From Elusimicrobiota bacterium (lineage in GTDB: Bacteria > Elusimicrobiota > Elusimicrobia > UBA1565 > UBA9628), in assembly GCA_016207665.1 (NCBI GenBank), contig JACQPG010000115.1, positions 26,696-90,695 of the forward strand: 64,000 bases of DNA. The letters are read 5' to 3'. The notes under the pieces are model-generated. The model was given only the letters and a program-made list of their open reading frames with translations, was not told where the DNA came from and searched no databases. Positions 47,487-58,181 of this stretch are shown here, piece by piece. Position 1 is the first letter of the stretch; each line of letters opens with the position of its first letter. The translations under genes and the position numbers were made by a program.

Positions 47487-48257
47487 TTACGGCAGATGGA
47501 TCTGCTGCGGATAGGCCATGACCAGCACCTCGACCGGGCCGGCCTCGGCCAGCACCCGCACATAACCGTTGATGCTCTCGACGATCGGCTGCTCCGCGTC
47601 GGAAAGCAGCATCACCGCCAGCCTGCGCCCTTGAGCCGGGCGCATGTTCAGGATCCTGAGCCGCGGATCGCGAAGAAGGCATCGGCCGTAGTTGTTGATG
47701 AAGTCCTGCGCGTTGTCGATCCTGCGCAGGTAGGGCGCCTGGATGCAGCGGTCGATCGCCTGCTGGGCGGAGCTGGCCGTCCCGTCCTCGCGCCTGAGCT
47801 CGGCCGGGTATCCCAGGAGCTCGCCGCGCCTCTCTTGCAAGGCGCGTCCCAAGTCCCTGAAGAAGGGATGATCGATCGGGGTGGAGCCGGGAAGGCGTAT
47901 GATCAGCCCTCGGGCGCCGTTGGCCAAAGTCCCGGGCGAGACCGTGGCGAGAAGCGCGTAGCGGGTGGCGAGATGGGAAAGGCAGGCCTGAAGGGCTTGG
48001 GCGGCGCCGTTGAGCTCGTAGCGGCGCAGGGCGTGGCTGTTGACGATCTCGCAGGGGCCGGTCTGCGCGAAGGCATCCTGGGCCTCGAAGGCCTTGACCG
48101 AGCGATCGACCACCTTTTCGAAACGGGGCAGCTCGAAATTAGGCTCCGGCTGATAGCGGAACTTCATCTCCGCTCGCGCGGGAGAGAGCGCCGCGCCTAG
48201 AATCACGACTGAAATCGCCTTGAGGCTCATGGTCTTTCTTCCTCCTGAATCTTTCAT
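47487..48257 (-). CDS. Secreted hypothetical protein
   Basis: 256 aa. Signal peptide around MSLKAISVVILGAALSPARA, so the start may be the internal ATG at 48230. No recognisable catalytic motif. Confidence 0.55.
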   Translation of the reverse strand: MKDSGGRKTMSLKAISVVILGAALSPARAEMKFRYQPEPNFELPRFEKVVDRSVKAFEAQDAFAQTGPCEIVNSHALRRYELNGAAQALQACLSHLATRYALLATVSPGTLANGARGLIIRLPGSTPIDHPFFRDLGRALQERRGELLGYPAELRREDGTASSAQQAIDRCIQAPYLRRIDNAQDFINNYGRCLLRDPRLRILNMRPAQGRRLAVMLLSDAEQPIVESINGYVRVLAEAGPVEVLVMAYPQQIHLP

Positions 48258-48320
48258 GGGTGTAATTTACCCAAAAGGCCCAGATGGCTCCTAGGACCAT
48301 GGTCAAGAAGTGGAGTTGAT

Positions 48321-49472
48321 CTAGATCAACTTTCGACGGGAGGCGGCGAGCTCCCCGAGAGCGGAGACGGCGATGCGCCCGGCTTGATCGAGGTTCTCAT
48401 GCAGCGCGAGCAGATGCCCCATCTTGCGGCCGGGCGCGGGCTTGGCCTTGCCGTAGAGATGCAGCCTGAGCTCGGGACGGCGCAGGACCCGCGACCAGTC
48501 CGGCTCGCCGCCGGACCAGAGCTCCCCGAGCAGGTTGACCATCACCGCGGGCGAAAGAAGGCGGGGGTCGCCCAGGGGCAGCCCGCAGACAGCGCGCAGA
48601 TGCTGCTCGAACTGCGAGGTGGCGCAGGCGCCGAAGCTGAAGTGGCCGCTGTTGTGCACGCGCGGCGCGATCTCGTTGACCAGGAGCTCTCCGGTCTTGG
48701 CGACGAAGAGCTCGACGGCCAGGACGCCGACGTGGCCGAGCTTCTCCGCGACGGCCGCGCCGATCTCCCGCGCGCGCCGCTCAAGGTCCGCCGGCAGGGG
48801 CGCCGGCGCCCGGGTCACGCGCAAGATGCCGTCGCGATGCTCGTTCTCGGCCACGGGAAAGAACGAGATCTCGCCCTCGCGGCCGCGAGCCAGTATCACG
48901 GAAATCTCCTTCTCGAAGTCCACCCGTGCCTCGAGCACGCAGGGGTTGCCGTCGATGAAGTCCCGGTCTAGGTCGCTTTCGGCGCTCAGGGCCCATTGCC
49001 CCTTGCCGTCATAACCCTCGCGCCGCTTCTTGGCGATGGCGGGCAGCCCGACTTTCTTGGCGGCGGCTCGAAGCTCCTCGCGGCTGGAGGCCGCGGCGAA
49101 AGCGGTCTGGGGAAGGCCGTGGCTGGCCAAGAACTCGCGCTGACGCAGCCGGTCCTGTATGAACGAGAGCACGGGCGGGGCGGGAAAAAGCGGCTTGAGG
49201 CGGGCGATACTCTCGAGCGTCTCCATGGGGATCAGCTCCCACTCGAGGGTGACGACGTCGCAGGCGCGGGCGAATTCCTCGACCGCCGCGGCGTCCTTGA
49301 ACGGGGCCCGCACGTGGCGATCGCAGACCTGGGCCGCGGGGCAATCTGGGGAGGGATCCAGGACCACGGCGCGATAGCCCATGCGCCGGGCCTCCAGGGC
49401 GATCATGCGCCCCAGCTGGCCGCCGCCGAGCAGCCCGAGCGTCGCGGGCGGCGAAACGGGCCCCGCGCTCAC
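48321..49472 (-). CDS. purK: N5-carboxyaminoimidazole ribonucleotide synthase (ATP-grasp)
   Basis: 383 aa. [12 protein letters not shown] and the ATP-grasp core; [12 protein letters not shown] motif. Confidence 0.9.
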   Translation of the reverse strand: MSAGPVSPPATLGLLGGGQLGRMIALEARRMGYRAVVLDPSPDCPAAQVCDRHVRAPFKDAAAVEEFARACDVVTLEWELIPMETLESIARLKPLFPAPPVLSFIQDRLRQREFLASHGLPQTAFAAASSREELRAAAKKVGLPAIAKKRREGYDGKGQWALSAESDLDRDFIDGNPCVLEARVDFEKEISVILARGREGEISFFPVAENEHRDGILRVTRAPAPLPADLERRAREIGAAVAEKLGHVGVLAVELFVAKTGELLVNEIAPRVHNSGHFSFGACATSQFEQHLRAVCGLPLGDPRLLSPAVMVNLLGELWSGGEPDWSRVLRRPELRLHLYGKAKPAPGRKMGHLLALHENLDQAGRIAVSALGELAASRRKLI

Positions 49473-49963
49473 AGTCTTTGCTTGAGCACTTCCGAGCGCT
49501 GGCGCTGCCGGAAGGCCTTGAGCCTCTTGCGCAAGGCGGGATCATCCAAGGCGATGATTTGGGCGGCCAGATAGCCGGCGTTGGCCGCCCCCGGCTCGCC
49601 GATGGCCAAGGTCCCCACGGGTACGCCCTTGGGCATCTGGGCGATGGAGAGAAGCGAATCCAGACCGTCCAAGGCCTTGGACTTGATCGGCACCCCCAGC
49701 ACCGGAAGAACCGTCTTGGCCGCGGCCATGCCGGGCAGATGGGCCGCGCCTCCGGCTCCGGCGACGATCACCCGAATGCCGCGGGCCTCGGCCGAGGAGG
49801 CGTATTCGAAAAGCCAGTCGGGAGTGCGATGCGCCGAGACCACGCGGCATTCATGCGCCACGCCGAGCTCCTTGAGCACCGCGCTGGCCACGGACATGGT
49901 CTGCCAGTCGCTTTTGGAGCCCATGATGACCCCAACCAGGGGCTTATTCCTTGCGGAGGTCAT
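49469..49963 (-). CDS. purE: N5-CAIR mutase (class I PurE)
   Basis: 164 aa. [30 protein letters not shown]. Confidence 0.93.
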   Translation of the reverse strand: MTSARNKPLVGVIMGSKSDWQTMSVASAVLKELGVAHECRVVSAHRTPDWLFEYASSAEARGIRVIVAGAGGAAHLPGMAAAKTVLPVLGVPIKSKALDGLDSLLSIAQMPKGVPVGTLAIGEPGAANAGYLAAQIIALDDPALRKRLKAFRQRQRSEVLKQRL

Positions 49964-51695
49964 AATAATAGCTGCCGTAGGGGGAGTCGGGGAAGATCGG
50001 GCGGAAGACGAAACCCTTGACCCAGCTGCGTTGGGAGCGATATCTCATGCCCTCGGCCATGTGCACATGAGGCACATCCTCGTAGACCATGTCCTGGAGC
50101 TGCTGATAGAGCGCCTCGCGCTTCTTGAGATCGAGCGTCGAGACCGCCCGCTCGATCAAGGCGTCCACCTTGGGATTGGAGTATTTCTGCTTGCTCGGGA
50201 AATAGCCTTGGGAATGGAGCAGGGGAAAGGCGAAATTATGCGCGTCTGGGAAGTCCGCCTGCCAGGCTCCGAGGAAAAAGGCCATCTTGCCGGCCTGGCT
50301 TTGCTCGAGGAAGGTCGACCATTGCAGGCTTCGTATGTCGATCTTAAACTTGGGATTGATGGATTCCACGTTCTTCTTGATCATCTGGCAGATGGACTGG
50401 GCGGGCGCCGAGCCCGAGTTGAACACCATGGTGAACTTGAAGCCCTTGTCCCAGACCTGCCCGCCCCACGCCTTCTTGAAGTGCTCCTCGGCCTTCTTCA
50501 AGTCGAGCGTGTACTTCTTGCCGTCCTTGCGATAGCCCACCAATCCCGGCGGGATGAAGCTCGAGGCCTGCCTTCCCTTGCCGCGCAGCATGTCGCGTAT
50601 ATAGCCCTCGTAGTCCACGGAATAGGCGAAGGCCTTGCGGATATTGATGTCCGAGAAGAACTCCGGGGTGATGCCCTCGCCGTCGAGCTTCCCGCTGCCC
50701 AGATAGGGATTGGCCACGGGGTTGATCTTGTAGGTGAAGAACAGTATCGAGGAGCGCTCGAGATTCTGCAGCCCGTCCATGAGCTCCACGCCGGGGATGT
50801 TCTGCAATTGGTTGAAATACATCTGCGGGCCGTAGATCACGTCCGCGTCTCCCGCTTGAAGCATGAGCTTGCGGGTGGCGAACTCGTCGATGGTTTTGAT
50901 CACCACCTTCTCGATCTTCGCCGCGCCCCTCCAATAGCCGGGAAAGCGGGCCAGCACTATCTCCTTGTTGCGGCGATCCAGCCTCTCCAGCTGATACGGC
51001 CCGGTTCCGTTGGTATGCTCGTTGAGATAAGAGGATTCCCGCAGGGGATTGTTGAACTTCTCCCAGGTCTCGGGCCTGCCGTCCCATTGCTCATGCGAGG
51101 CGCACCAGGGTTTGGAGACGATCGAGCCGAAGTTGGCCAATATGCCCAGGAACGGAGCATAAGGCTTCTTGAGCCGGAACACCAAGTCCTGGCCCTGGAC
51201 CGTCACGGCCTTCGCGGCTTGATCGTGGATGCCCGGCCGGATCTTGCCGTTATCCCGGGTCGAGTTCACGCCCAGCAGCGGCTCGAGAAGCAGCGAGGAA
51301 GGCCCGCCGTCGCGGTCGAAAAGCATGAAGCGCAGCATGGAATAGCGCGCGTCCTCGGGGGTAAGCTCCGAGCCATCGTGGAATTTGACGCCCTTGCGGA
51401 TGGGGAAGCGATAGCTCAGCCCATCCTTCGATATCAAGCCGTTGGCCAAGGACGGCACCTTGGTGGCCAGCATGGGCATGAGGCCCTTCTCCGAGAGCTC
51501 CGAGCCGGAGTAGAAGATCAGGGTCTCATAGACATTGGCGATGATGTTGTGGCTGGCCGTGTCATAGGACCAGGCCGGATCGAAGCTATCCGTGTCGCCG
51601 ATCTGGGCGTAGACCAGCATGTTGGGATTCTTGACCGCGGCGGCGGGAGCGGATTGGGGCAGCAGAAGGGCTAGGGCGATAATCAGGTTTTTCAT
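49944..51695 (-). CDS. ABC-transporter substrate-binding protein, family 5 (peptide/nickel type), no cognate permease nearby
   Basis: 583 aa with signal peptide [20 protein letters not shown]. Family-5 pattern ([25 protein letters not shown]). ATGA overlap with the purD stop and 20-nt overlap with the purE start. Confidence 0.8.
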   Translation of the reverse strand: MKNLIIALALLLPQSAPAAAVKNPNMLVYAQIGDTDSFDPAWSYDTASHNIIANVYETLIFYSGSELSEKGLMPMLATKVPSLANGLISKDGLSYRFPIRKGVKFHDGSELTPEDARYSMLRFMLFDRDGGPSSLLLEPLLGVNSTRDNGKIRPGIHDQAAKAVTVQGQDLVFRLKKPYAPFLGILANFGSIVSKPWCASHEQWDGRPETWEKFNNPLRESSYLNEHTNGTGPYQLERLDRRNKEIVLARFPGYWRGAAKIEKVVIKTIDEFATRKLMLQAGDADVIYGPQMYFNQLQNIPGVELMDGLQNLERSSILFFTYKINPVANPYLGSGKLDGEGITPEFFSDINIRKAFAYSVDYEGYIRDMLRGKGRQASSFIPPGLVGYRKDGKKYTLDLKKAEEHFKKAWGGQVWDKGFKFTMVFNSGSAPAQSICQMIKKNVESINPKFKIDIRSLQWSTFLEQSQAGKMAFFLGAWQADFPDAHNFAFPLLHSQGYFPSKQKYSNPKVDALIERAVSTLDLKKREALYQQLQDMVYEDVPHVHMAEGMRYRSQRSWVKGFVFRPIFPDSPYGSYYYDLRKE

Positions 51696-52981
51696 CGTAG
51701 CGCTGGGACCTTTCCTCCGATATCTTTGCGATACTGCATTCCGTCGAATCGTATGCGCGAGACCGCCTCATAGGCCCGATCTCGGGCCTGAGCCAGGTCC
51801 GGGGCGACGGCGGTGACGCCGAGCACTCGGCCGCCCTGGGTGAGCCAGCGATCCCCTTGCCTGCTCGTGCCGGCATGGAAGACCGCCAGGCCCGGCTGAT
51901 CGCGCGCGGACTCCAAGCCGTGTATGGGCACGCCCGTCCGCGGCTTGGCCGGATAGCCTTCGGAGGCGAGTACCACGCAGATCGAAGCTCCGGACCGCGC
52001 CCGCGCCGTTCCCGGCTTCAACCGTCCCGCGGCGCAATCCCAGGCCAGGGCCAGCGGGTCTTCCTCTAATAGAGGAAGAATGGCTTGCGTTTCCGGATCG
52101 CCGAAGCGGCAATTGAATTCCAAGACCTGGGGGCCCTCCGGGGAGAGCATCAATCCCACGAAGATCACGCCCCTGAAATCGAGCTTGTCGGCGGAGAGCC
52201 CGGCGATGAAGCGGCGCAACACCTTGTCCTCGATGGCCCGCCATGTCTCCGGATCCACGGCCGCCGGGCAATAGGCTCCCATGCCTCCGGTGTTGGGACC
52301 CTCGTCGTGGTCCTTGAGCCGCTTGTGATCGCGGCTGGGCGGAAGCGCGCGCAGGCTCTGGCCGTCGCAAAAGGCCAGCACGGAAAGCTCCGGGCCATGG
52401 AGCCGGGTCTCCAATAGTATCGTGCGCCCGGCGGCTCCCAAGCTGCCCTTTTCCATGAAATCGTCGATGGCGCTCAGAGCCTCGTTTTGATCGCGGCACA
52501 CCGCCACGCCCTTGCCCGCGGCCAGGCCGTCGGCCTTGACCACGATGGGAGCGTCCAGGCGCTTGATCGCCGCCCGCGCCAGATCGGGCTCGGTGAAGAC
52601 CTCGAAGGGGGCGGTGGGAATGCCGTGCTTCCTCATGAATTCCTTGGCGAAAGCCTTGGAGCTTTCGAGCCTGGCCGCGGCCCGGGACGGCCCGAAAACG
52701 GCCAGGCCCGCCTGGCGCAGCGCGTCGGAGACCCCGGCGGCCAGGGGGGCCTCGGGGCCGATCACGACGAGCTTGGCGCGGCAGTCCTTGGCCGCTTGGA
52801 CCGCGCTGTCGGGATCGCAGGGATCTCCGGGCAGGTTCTGGGCCCATTGCGCGATCGCGTCCGAGCCGGGCAGGGCGTAGAGATTCTTGAGCCGAGGGCT
52901 TTGGGCCATGGCCCAGGCCAGGGCGTGCTCGCGCCCGCCGGAACCGAGAAGCAGTACGGTGAGATCGGGCTCCCGGCTCAC
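51692..52981 (-). CDS. purD: Phosphoribosylamine-glycine ligase (GAR synthetase)
   Basis: 429 aa, GTG start (GTGA overlap with the purF stop). VLLLGSGGREHALAW..VVIGPEAPL..EFNCRFGDPE. Confidence 0.93.
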   Translation of the reverse strand: MSREPDLTVLLLGSGGREHALAWAMAQSPRLKNLYALPGSDAIAQWAQNLPGDPCDPDSAVQAAKDCRAKLVVIGPEAPLAAGVSDALRQAGLAVFGPSRAAARLESSKAFAKEFMRKHGIPTAPFEVFTEPDLARAAIKRLDAPIVVKADGLAAGKGVAVCRDQNEALSAIDDFMEKGSLGAAGRTILLETRLHGPELSVLAFCDGQSLRALPPSRDHKRLKDHDEGPNTGGMGAYCPAAVDPETWRAIEDKVLRRFIAGLSADKLDFRGVIFVGLMLSPEGPQVLEFNCRFGDPETQAILPLLEEDPLALAWDCAAGRLKPGTARARSGASICVVLASEGYPAKPRTGVPIHGLESARDQPGLAVFHAGTSRQGDRWLTQGGRVLGVTAVAPDLAQARDRAYEAVSRIRFDGMQYRKDIGGKVPALR

Positions 52982-54369
52982 GTGGCCTCTCCCGAGGCCT
53001 TCAAGGGATCGGGGAGCTGATAATCGGGGATGGGGGTGGGATAGATCTTGGTGAAGCAGGCCGTGCAGAAGCCGGAAGGATCGCCGCCGCCGGCGGCTTT
53101 CAGCATGCCCTCCAGGCTCAAATAATGCAGGCTGTCGACCTCGAGGAAGCGGCGTATCTCCTCGAGCGAGTTGCGATTGGCGATGAGCTCCCCGGCGCGC
53201 GGGGTGTCTATGCCGTAATAGCAGGGCGAGACGATGGGAGGGCTCGAGACGGCCATGTGAATCTGGCGGGCGCCGGCCGCGCGCAGGCTCTTGGTGATCT
53301 TGCGCGAGGTGGTGCCCCGCACGATGGAGTCGTCGATGAGTATGATGCGCTTGTCCTTGAGCGTCTCGATGACGGGGGCGAGCTTGAGCTTCGCGGCCAG
53401 GTCGCGCAGCTCCTGGGTGGGCTTGATGAAGGTGCGGCTGACATAGTGGCTGCGCACCAAGCCCATCTCGAAGGGAATCTTGGACTGGTCGGAGAAGCCC
53501 AGCGCGGCCGCCACTCCCGAATCCGGGACCGGGACCACGATGTCGGCCTTGACCTGCTCCATCTCGCGGGCGAGCTGGCGGCCGAACTCCCGCCGCACCG
53601 CCTGCACGTTGCGCCCGAAGATGTCCGAGTCCGGCCTGGCGAAATAGACCTGCTCGAAGACGCAGCGCGCCGGGGCGGGCACCGCCTTGAAGGGCTTGAG
53701 CTGCTTCATGCGATTGCCTTCGATCACCAGCATCTCGCCCGGCTCGATCTCGCGTATGGGCTGGGCCTTGACCAGGTTCAGGGCCGAGGTCTCGGAGGCG
53801 ATCACGAAGGACTTGCCCAACTGTCCCAGGATCAGGGGCCGGAAGCCGTAAGGGTCCCGGGCCGCGATGATCTGGGTGGGGGTGAGGAAGAGCAGGGAGT
53901 AAGCGCCTTCCAGCTGACGGAGGCTTTCTATGACGGCGTCCTCCAGGGGCCCCTGGTTGCGCGCCAGCAGGTGCACGATCACCTCGGAATCGGTGGAGGA
54001 TTGGAATATCGCCCCGCGCTTCTCCAGGCGATCGCGCATCTCCAAGGCATAGGTGAGATTGCCGTTGTGGGCGATGGCGACGGGCCCGTGTATGGTCTTG
54101 AACACCAAGGGCTGGGCGTTCTTGAGATGGCTGGCTCCCGTGGTGGAGTAGCGCACGTGGCCGATCGCGGCGCGACCCGGCAATTTCTCCAGGACTTCGC
54201 GGGAAAAGACGTCGGCTACCAGGCCCATGCCGTTGTGCGCCAACAGCTCCCCCTTGTGGGAGCTGACGATGCCGGCCGACTCCTGTCCCCTATGCTGGAG
54301 CGCGAAGAGGCCCAGATGAGTCAGTTCAGAGGCGTTGGGGCTGTCCGAGACAGCGAAAATGCCGCACAT
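52978..54369 (-). CDS. purF: Amidophosphoribosyltransferase
   Basis: 463 aa. N-terminal MCGIF nucleophile, LQHRGQESAGI, and PRPP loop ILIDDSIVRGTT. Confidence 0.95.
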   Translation of the reverse strand: MCGIFAVSDSPNASELTHLGLFALQHRGQESAGIVSSHKGELLAHNGMGLVADVFSREVLEKLPGRAAIGHVRYSTTGASHLKNAQPLVFKTIHGPVAIAHNGNLTYALEMRDRLEKRGAIFQSSTDSEVIVHLLARNQGPLEDAVIESLRQLEGAYSLLFLTPTQIIAARDPYGFRPLILGQLGKSFVIASETSALNLVKAQPIREIEPGEMLVIEGNRMKQLKPFKAVPAPARCVFEQVYFARPDSDIFGRNVQAVRREFGRQLAREMEQVKADIVVPVPDSGVAAALGFSDQSKIPFEMGLVRSHYVSRTFIKPTQELRDLAAKLKLAPVIETLKDKRIILIDDSIVRGTTSRKITKSLRAAGARQIHMAVSSPPIVSPCYYGIDTPRAGELIANRNSLEEIRRFLEVDSLHYLSLEGMLKAAGGGDPSGFCTACFTKIYPTPIPDYQLPDPLKASGEAT

Positions 54370-54420
54370 AAAACGGGGAACGGCGAGTCGCCGCCGCCGA
54401 GCTTCGCGCGGGCAAGAGGC

Positions 54421-55194
54421 TCAGCGACAGTAGTCGACCGCGTTCCGGAACATCGCCAGGCCCACGCCTTCCTTATGGAAGGTCTGCCTCGTCCAGTTGG
54501 GGTGATGATGGATCGAGGTGAAGCGCTCCGGATGAGGCATCATCCCGAGGCAATTGCCTTCGGGGTTGGACAAGGCCGCGATGTTGAAAATCGAACCGTT
54601 GGGGTTGAAGGGATAGCCCGAAAGTTTCCCGTCGTCGCTGACGTATTGCATGGCGATGGTCTTGTTTTTCTTGAGCTCCTCGAGCTGGCGCGGGCTCTTG
54701 AGCACGAGCTTGCCTTCGGCATGGGCCACCGGCAGCTCGATCATCTCGGGCAGGCCCTTGAAGAACAGGCTCGAGCTCTGGGTGTTGATGCGCACGTGCA
54801 CCCAGCGCGCCTCGAATCTTCCCGAGTCGTTGAAGGTAAATCCCGCCGTCTGCTCGCAGGTGTTGGAGCACGGCAGTATGCCGGCCTTGACCAGCACTTG
54901 GAAGCCGTTGCATATCCCCATGACCGGGCGGCCCAGGCGGATGAACTGGCGCAGGTCCTTGAGATAGAGCCGGACCTGATTGGCCAGGATGCGCCCGGCT
55001 CCCACGTCGTCGCCGTAGGAGAAGCCCCCGGGGATCACCAGCATGTCGAAATTCATCAACCGCGTCTTGCCGGATTTGATCTCGTTGACGTGCACGCGGC
55101 GCGGCTCGGCTCCCACGAAGCGGAGCGCGTTGGCCGTCTCGAAGTCGCAATTGGTGCCTGCGGAGCGAAGTATCAGTACCTTGGGCTTTTTCAT
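54421..55194 (-). CDS. purQ: FGAM synthase glutaminase subunit
   Basis: Internal ATG (MKKPKVLILRSAGTNCD; ATGA overlap with the purL stop) of ORF 54421..55365. GGFSYGD, GICNGFQ and MPHPE triad motifs. Confidence 0.92.
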   Translation of the reverse strand: MKKPKVLILRSAGTNCDFETANALRFVGAEPRRVHVNEIKSGKTRLMNFDMLVIPGGFSYGDDVGAGRILANQVRLYLKDLRQFIRLGRPVMGICNGFQVLVKAGILPCSNTCEQTAGFTFNDSGRFEARWVHVRINTQSSSLFFKGLPEMIELPVAHAEGKLVLKSPRQLEELKKNKTIAMQYVSDDGKLSGYPFNPNGSIFNIAALSNPEGNCLGMMPHPERFTSIHHHPNWTRQTFHKEGVGLAMFRNAVDYCR

Positions 55195-57626
55195 CGGCAG
55201 CGTTTGGGCAGGCTCGCCTGCCAAATCTCCTTGAGCGCGGAAAGCGGCTCTTCCATCGTCACCATGCCGTCGAGTCCGATCACCTTGAGAATGGGGTTGG
55301 CCAAGGTCACGCCGATGCGCCGCACGGGCACGCCCTTGAGCCCCTTGAGAAGGGCCTGCTCGCATTCCGGCTTGACCTCGAGCAGCACGCGGCTGGGGCT
55401 CTCGGAGAAGAGCAAAACCTCGTTGGAGTAGATATGGTTGCTGCGGGCCATGGCGTCGAGGTCCAAGCGCACGCCGAACTCCCCGGAGAAGGCCATCTCC
55501 GCCGCGGCCACGGCCAACCCTCCCTCGGAAAGATCATGAGCCGATAGCACGAGGCCCTTTTGGATCGCCGCCGAGGCCGCCTTGAAGCTGTCGGCCGCGG
55601 AGCGCACCTCGACCTCGGGCGCCTCGCCGCCGGAGAGCCCGCAGATCTGGTTGTAGAGCGAGCCGCCCAGCTCCTCCGAGGTCCAGCCGATGAGATAGAG
55701 CGGATTGCCGGGGCCCTTGATATCCATGGTCAGGGCCTTGCGCACGTCGGACAGCGGAGCCAGAGCGGAGATCAGCACCGTGCCCGGGATGGGCAGGTCC
55801 TTGCCGCCCAGGTCCTTGGACTGGTTGTAAAGGCTGTCCTTGCCCGATATGAACGGCACGCCGAAGCCGACGGCCGCGTCATGGCAGCCCTGGGCGGCCC
55901 GGACCAGGGCGCCGAGTTGGCGCGGGTCCTCCGGGCTGGCCCAGCAGAAATTATCGAGGAACGCCGCCGCCGTGACGTCGGCGCCCACGCAAAGCAGGTT
56001 GCGCAAGGCCTCGTCGGCGCAGGCCAGGGCCATGCGATAGGGGTCCACCTTTCCGTAGGAGGGATTGATCCCGTGTCCCACCGCGAATCCCGAGAAATCC
56101 TCGAAATCGCCGGTGGCGGCGTGAGGCCAGATCACGCAGGCGTCTCCGGGCCCGTCGTGCCGCACGCCTTGGAGAGGCTTGATCACCATGCCGCCCTGGA
56201 CCTCGTGGTCATACTGCCGTATCACCCACTCGCGGGAGCAGACGTTGAGATGCCCGAGGGCCTCGCGCAGCACCTCGGAGGCGCTCTTGCGCGGGGCCTT
56301 GGAGGAGGAGGCCTTGGGCGTCTCCGGCTGCCAGACGGCGGAGCGCTCGACCAACGGCACGCCGTGATGCAGGAATTTCAGGTCCAGCTCCACGATCTTC
56401 TGGTCCTTGTAATGGACCCGAAGCTTCCGGCTGTTGGTGAACTCGCCCAGCACCGAGAGCCCGCAAGACTCGGCCGCGAAAACGTCCTTGAGGGCCTTGA
56501 GGTTCTTGGGCGATACGGCCAGGACCATGCGCTCCTGCGACTCGGAAAGCCACAACTCCCAAGGAGCGAGGTCCAGGGCCTTGATATGGGCCGCATCGAG
56601 CTTGACCTCCGCTCCGCCGCAGACCGCGGCCATCTCGCCGATCGCCGAGGAGAAGCCGCCCGCCCCGCAATCGGTGGCGAAGCCGTAAAGTCTCCTGTCG
56701 CGGGCCTCGAGCAAGGCGTCGAGCAGCTTCTTCTCGTTGATGGCGTGGCCTATCTGAACGGCCGATGTCGGGGCATCCTCCAGGGAGGCCGAGGAAAATG
56801 TGGCGCCATGCAGGCCGTCGCGGCCGGTGGGGCCGCCCACCGCCACGATCAGGTCCCCGGGCCTGATCTCCTTCTTGACCGCCCAGGAGGGCATCACGCC
56901 CACGGTGCCCACGAAGACCAGGGGGTTGAGGCGGAAATCGTCGTCGAACCAGATCGCGCCGGCCGCCGTGGGGATGCCCATGCGATTGCCGTAGTCCCGC
57001 ACCCCGGCCACCACGCTGCGCAGCACCCTCTTGGGATGAAGGGCGTTCTCCGGCAGGGGGGCGTCGTAATCGGGCCTGGCGAAACAGAAGATGTCGGTGT
57101 TGAGCACGGGCTTGGCGCCCAAACCGGCTCCCAGCACGTCGCGTATCACCCCGCCCACGCCGGTCTCGGCCCCGCCGTAGGGCTCGATGGCGCAGGGATG
57201 ATTGTGCGTCTCCACCTTGTAGGCCAGGGCCCAGCGCCCGTTCTTGCCGAAGCTGACGATGCCCGCGTTGTCCTTGAACACGGAGAGGCACCACGGCTTC
57301 ATCGCCTGCTTGGTCGCCTTGGCGATGGTCTCCTCGAAAAGGCTCTTGATGAGGCGGGTCTTTTTGCCTTCGGTGTAGCGGATCGGGCTGCGGAAGGTCT
57401 TGTGCTTGCAGTGCTCCGACCAGGTCTGGGCGATGGTCTCGATCTCGGCGCGCGTAGGGGGGCGGCCGATGGATTTGAAATGGGCTTGCACGGCCGAAAG
57501 CTCGGACTCGTTGAGCGACCAGAGCTGCTTGTCGCTTAAGGACTTAAGCTCCTTGGGCGAGAGCGAGTTGAAGGAGGCGAAGTCCGAGCCCTCCGCCTCC
57601 CTGGGCGGGACGGCCGGCTGGCTCAT
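55191..57626 (-). CDS. purL: FGAM synthase subunit II (small-type PurL)
   Basis: Start at ATG 57626 (MSQPAVPP), preceded by AAGGAG. TWSEHCKHKTF, ETHNHP and duplicated PurM-like domains. About 811 aa. Confidence 0.92.
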   Translation of the reverse strand: MSQPAVPPREAEGSDFASFNSLSPKELKSLSDKQLWSLNESELSAVQAHFKSIGRPPTRAEIETIAQTWSEHCKHKTFRSPIRYTEGKKTRLIKSLFEETIAKATKQAMKPWCLSVFKDNAGIVSFGKNGRWALAYKVETHNHPCAIEPYGGAETGVGGVIRDVLGAGLGAKPVLNTDIFCFARPDYDAPLPENALHPKRVLRSVVAGVRDYGNRMGIPTAAGAIWFDDDFRLNPLVFVGTVGVMPSWAVKKEIRPGDLIVAVGGPTGRDGLHGATFSSASLEDAPTSAVQIGHAINEKKLLDALLEARDRRLYGFATDCGAGGFSSAIGEMAAVCGGAEVKLDAAHIKALDLAPWELWLSESQERMVLAVSPKNLKALKDVFAAESCGLSVLGEFTNSRKLRVHYKDQKIVELDLKFLHHGVPLVERSAVWQPETPKASSSKAPRKSASEVLREALGHLNVCSREWVIRQYDHEVQGGMVIKPLQGVRHDGPGDACVIWPHAATGDFEDFSGFAVGHGINPSYGKVDPYRMALACADEALRNLLCVGADVTAAAFLDNFCWASPEDPRQLGALVRAAQGCHDAAVGFGVPFISGKDSLYNQSKDLGGKDLPIPGTVLISALAPLSDVRKALTMDIKGPGNPLYLIGWTSEELGGSLYNQICGLSGGEAPEVEVRSAADSFKAASAAIQKGLVLSAHDLSEGGLAVAAAEMAFSGEFGVRLDLDAMARSNHIYSNEVLLFSESPSRVLLEVKPECEQALLKGLKGVPVRRIGVTLANPILKVIGLDGMVTMEEPLSALKEIWQASLPKRCR

Positions 57627-57649
57627 GACGAGTGTCTGCTGTGTCTCCT

Positions 57650-58144
57650 TCACTGGTGGGCCTCCGTGACGCTCACTCGATGGATCAAAGGGTTGGCCAA
57701 GGAGCGCCAAACCGCGCGCTCGAGCTGGTTGCGATGGCATTTGCCCGTGATATGGTAGACCGAGCCGACCCGCACCCATTCCGGCTGGGGCAGCCCGTTC
57801 TCGGACAGCGCGGTCCTGACCGTCTCTCCCGCGGGATCGGTCACGGAGGGCTTGGGCCAGACCTCGACCCGCCAGTGGCTCATGCCGTTAAAGTGGGGAG
57901 GCCCCGGGTTGAGCACCTTCCACTCCTGCGTGACGCCGTCGCAGAGCAGCTCGCGGGCCGCCTGCTGGACCTGGGACATGTTGAAGGTGGCGCGTATCTC
58001 GTAGACCTTGCCGGAGCGCAGCTCCCTGGCCGCGTACAAGCCGCAGCCATGAAGCAGGGCCAAGGCCGCCTGGCCCTCCGCGTCCGCGAATTCCGGCCGC
58101 AGGCGCACCTCGACTCGATAGACCGGCGTGGATCGCGTGATCAT
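57650..58144 (-). CDS. purS: Tandem-duplicated PurS (two PurS domains in one polypeptide)
   Basis: 164 aa. Domain 1: YRVEVRLRPEFADAEGQAAL..GKVYEI..ARELLCDGVTQEWKV. Domain 2: WRVEVWPKPSVTDPAGETVR..GSVYHI..WRSLANPLIHRVSV. Both fit the PurS pattern (v.V..k..v.DP.G....gK.y.....LaNpvie). Canonical PurS is about 80 aa. Confidence 0.75.
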   Translation of the reverse strand: MITRSTPVYRVEVRLRPEFADAEGQAALALLHGCGLYAARELRSGKVYEIRATFNMSQVQQAARELLCDGVTQEWKVLNPGPPHFNGMSHWRVEVWPKPSVTDPAGETVRTALSENGLPQPEWVRVGSVYHITGKCHRNQLERAVWRSLANPLIHRVSVTEAHQ

Positions 58145-58181
58145 GGTCGCTTCCCGTCCGCAAGGCTGGGCTGGAGCTCGG

